From Bryobacteraceae bacterium (lineage in GTDB: Bacteria; Acidobacteriota; Terriglobia; Bryobacterales; Bryobacteraceae): 64,000 bases of DNA. Position 1 is the first letter of the stretch. Each line of letters starts with the position of its first letter. The notes under the pieces were generated by a model that did no database searches, had not been told where the DNA came from, and worked only from the letters and a program-made list of their open reading frames with translations. The position numbers and the translations under genes are program-made. Below, piece after piece: positions 61,702 to 64,000 of the stretch. Location of the stretch: positions 737 to 64,736 of the forward strand of contig JBDUEM010000002.1 of the NCBI GenBank assembly GCA_040002435.1, written 5' to 3'.

Positions 61702-63801
61702 GTGAAGGTTTACGAAGGCAAGGATATTCGCAATGTCGGCCTTGTTGGACATGGCCACTCTGGGAAGACGATGCTCACCTCGGCTCTTCTCTATACTGCG
61801 GGCGCAACCAACCGGTTGACACGCCCGGATGAGGGAAACACGATTACAGACTTCGACGAGGAGGAAGTGGCCAGGAAGATCACCGTATCCAGCGCGATCG
61901 CGGCAGCTGAGTGGAAGAAAACGAAAATTAACATCATTGACACACCGGGCTTTAATATTTTTATTCAGGACACAAGAGCGGCACTGCTGGCAACTGACTC
62001 CGCGGTGCTGGTAGTAGACGGCATCGCTGGAGTGGAAGTACAGACGGAGAAGGTTTTCCAGTTCGCCGAAGAGTTCAATCTTCCTTGCGCGTTCGTGATC
62101 AATAAGCTGGACCGGGAGCGATCTAGTTTTGAACGTTCGCTCGAGAGTATTCATAAGACGTTTGGACGCAGCGCAATCGCGGTCCAGCTTCCCATCGGCT
62201 CGGAAAAGAACTTTGCCGGCGTTGTGGATCTGGTGACCATGAAGAGCTATACATACGCGACAAGCGGCGACGGCAAAGGGAAGGAAGGCGAGATTCCCGC
62301 AGACATGCAGGAGGCGGCGCAAGCGGCGCACGAGGCCTTGGTGGAAATGGTTGCCGAGGATGACGATGCCTTGATGGCTGAGTTTTTCGAAATGGGAACC
62401 CTGCCGGTGGAGCACATCATTGAAGGGATGGAGAGGGAAATCCGCCACCGCAAATTGTTTCCGGTGCTCTGCACGTCCGCCTACAACAACATGGGAAGCG
62501 ATCTGTTGCTGAATTTTCTGATGGAGCATTTCCCTGCCCCGACCGAACACTCGCCGCTGACCGGAAAGTCTGGAACGGGTGAAGAAGTTACCCGTGAAGT
62601 GAAAGATTCCGCGCCGCTATCGGCGTTCGTGTTCAAGACGGTCGCCGATCCTTTCGCGGGACGGGTTTCCTATTTCAAAGTCTGTTCCGGTGTGCTGAAG
62701 AACGACGAACACCTGCTCGATTCACGCACGGGAAGCGATGAAAGACTGGCGCACGTGGGCGTTTTGATGGGGAAGTCAATCCAGCCTGTTTCCGAGTTGC
62801 ATGCCGGCGATCTGGGCGCAGTGGCCAAATTGCGGGACACACTGACGGGCGACACGTTGTTCGTCAAGAATGCCCCTATCACCTACCCGGCCGTCGAGAT
62901 GCCCGAGCCGTCTATCGCCTACGCCATTGAAGCGAAATCCCGCAATGACGAGGACCGCATGGGCAATGCGCTGCACAAAATACTGGAAGAGGACCAGTCG
63001 CTGCGTTTCTATCGCGACCCTCAGACCAAGGAGTTCCTGCTAGCCGGAAGCGGCCAGCAGCACGTGGAGATCATCGTCAGCAGGCTGAAGAAACGCTACG
63101 GGGTGGACGTGGCGCTGCGCGCGCCGAAGATCCCTTACCGTGAAACCATTCGCGGCAAGGCCGAGGTGCAGGGCCGCCACAAGAAGCAGACGGGCGGGCA
63201 TGGCCAGTTCGGCGATTGCTGGATCCGCATGGAGCCTCTGCCGCGTGGCGGTAAGTTCGAGTTCGCCAACGCCGTTTTTGGCGGGGCGATTCCGAAGAAT
63301 TTCATTCCCGCGATCGAGAAAGGAATTCTCGAAACCGCCGCGAACGGTTTCCTCGCCGGCTACCCGGTCGTCGACTTCAAGGTGACGGTTTTCGACGGAT
63401 CGTATCACGACGTGGATTCGTCGGAAATGGCGTTCAAGCTGGCTGCCCGCAAGGCGTTTAAGCTGGCGATGCAGAACGCAAAGCCCAGTCTTTTGGAGCC
63501 GGTGATGGCCGTGGAAATTCACGCGCCGGTAGAATATGCCGGGGATTTGATGGGCGATATGAATTCCCGCCGGGGCCGGATCTCCGGAATGGATACACAA
63601 GGTGGAACGCAGTTAATCCGAGCGGTTGTGCCCATGTCGGAGATGCTGAATTATCAAAATGATCTCATTTCCATGACCCAGGGGCGAGCGTCCTTTCACA
63701 TGGAATTCGATCATTACGACTATGTTCCGTCACTGCAGGCCGAGAAGATCATTGCGGCGGCTAAAGCCGCGAAATCCGGCGAAGAAGAAGAAGAGGAGTA
63801 A
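61702..63801 (+). CDS. Elongation factor G family GTPase (EF-G paralogue, outside an str operon)
   Basis: 699 aa with a GTG start. It has G1 'GHGHSGKT', 'DTPGF', 'NKLDRE', domain IV 'GRHKKQTGGHGQFG' and a C-terminal 'SGEEEEEE'. Confidence 0.9.
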   Translation: MKVYEGKDIRNVGLVGHGHSGKTMLTSALLYTAGATNRLTRPDEGNTITDFDEEEVARKITVSSAIAAAEWKKTKINIIDTPGFNIFIQDTRAALLATDSAVLVVDGIAGVEVQTEKVFQFAEEFNLPCAFVINKLDRERSSFERSLESIHKTFGRSAIAVQLPIGSEKNFAGVVDLVTMKSYTYATSGDGKGKEGEIPADMQEAAQAAHEALVEMVAEDDDALMAEFFEMGTLPVEHIIEGMEREIRHRKLFPVLCTSAYNNMGSDLLLNFLMEHFPAPTEHSPLTGKSGTGEEVTREVKDSAPLSAFVFKTVADPFAGRVSYFKVCSGVLKNDEHLLDSRTGSDERLAHVGVLMGKSIQPVSELHAGDLGAVAKLRDTLTGDTLFVKNAPITYPAVEMPEPSIAYAIEAKSRNDEDRMGNALHKILEEDQSLRFYRDPQTKEFLLAGSGQQHVEIIVSRLKKRYGVDVALRAPKIPYRETIRGKAEVQGRHKKQTGGHGQFGDCWIRMEPLPRGGKFEFANAVFGGAIPKNFIPAIEKGILETAANGFLAGYPVVDFKVTVFDGSYHDVDSSEMAFKLAARKAFKLAMQNAKPSLLEPVMAVEIHAPVEYAGDLMGDMNSRRGRISGMDTQGGTQLIRAVVPMSEMLNYQNDLISMTQGRASFHMEFDHYDYVPSLQAEKIIAAAKAAKSGEEEEEE

Positions 63802-64000
63802 CTTTGGAACGGCACAGGGGGTCAATAGTAAGGGAATGACCGGATGTTTTAGGTTAGTTTTTGGACCGTTGGCCCCCTATTTGTGTCAGCTCGACTCAGG
63901 TTTGTGTCATCTTGACCCATCATCTCAAATGGGTTACAGTGTTAACTCAGACGTACTTAAATCCTCGAAGTTGTGTTGAAAGGCGAGAATGACCTTACGT

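Noticed and set aside
1-64000. CRISPR arrays, rRNA genes, IS elements and toxin-antitoxin or defence-island signatures
   Set aside because: I saw no regularly spaced direct repeats and no rRNA-like conserved stretches. I also saw no transposase, integrase, nuclease, helicase or methylase motifs typical of mobile or defence modules in any listed ORF. Intergenic regions are mostly under 100 nt.

Overview
This is a GC-rich, densely coding bacterial chromosomal window with about 62 protein genes and one tRNA-Lys(UUU). I saw no rRNA, CRISPR array, transposase or integrase. The gene content suggests an Acidobacteriota genome of the Solibacter/Bryobacter type, which is inference only. That content includes a TIGR03437-like 'Solibacter' domain protein, paired DUF1592-type/DUF1552 and DUF1549-DUF1553/DUF1501 genes, and many Tat- or Sec-signal enzymes. 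Housekeeping genes are trpD, sucC-sucD-ndk (chained by ATGA overlaps), an alpha-glucan phosphorylase, murJ, an rfaE/hldA-like kinase, a cold-shock protein and an EF-G paralogue. The candidates most worth a second look are listed here. (1) An egtB-egtD ergothioneine pair is translationally chained to a CBS-less OpuB/OpuC-type quaternary-amine ABC importer (45889..50298). (2) A five-gene two-component operon contains an outer-membrane beta-barrel and an amicyanin-like cupredoxin between the regulators and the kinase (6128..10938). (3) A DyP peroxidase is tightly coupled to an uncharacterised 159-aa partner (22128..23933). (4) A cobQ-btuFDC-AmpG-like MFS corrinoid operon has no visible B12 riboswitch and runs, after 19 nt, into a DUF1549/DUF1553+DUF1501 pair. 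(5) There are solitary CpaF and CpaE-like Tad ATPases with no other pilus genes. (6) There is a stand-alone MetH/MeTr-like pterin-binding domain gene. All calls rest on motif recognition in the supplied translations, and no database search was run.
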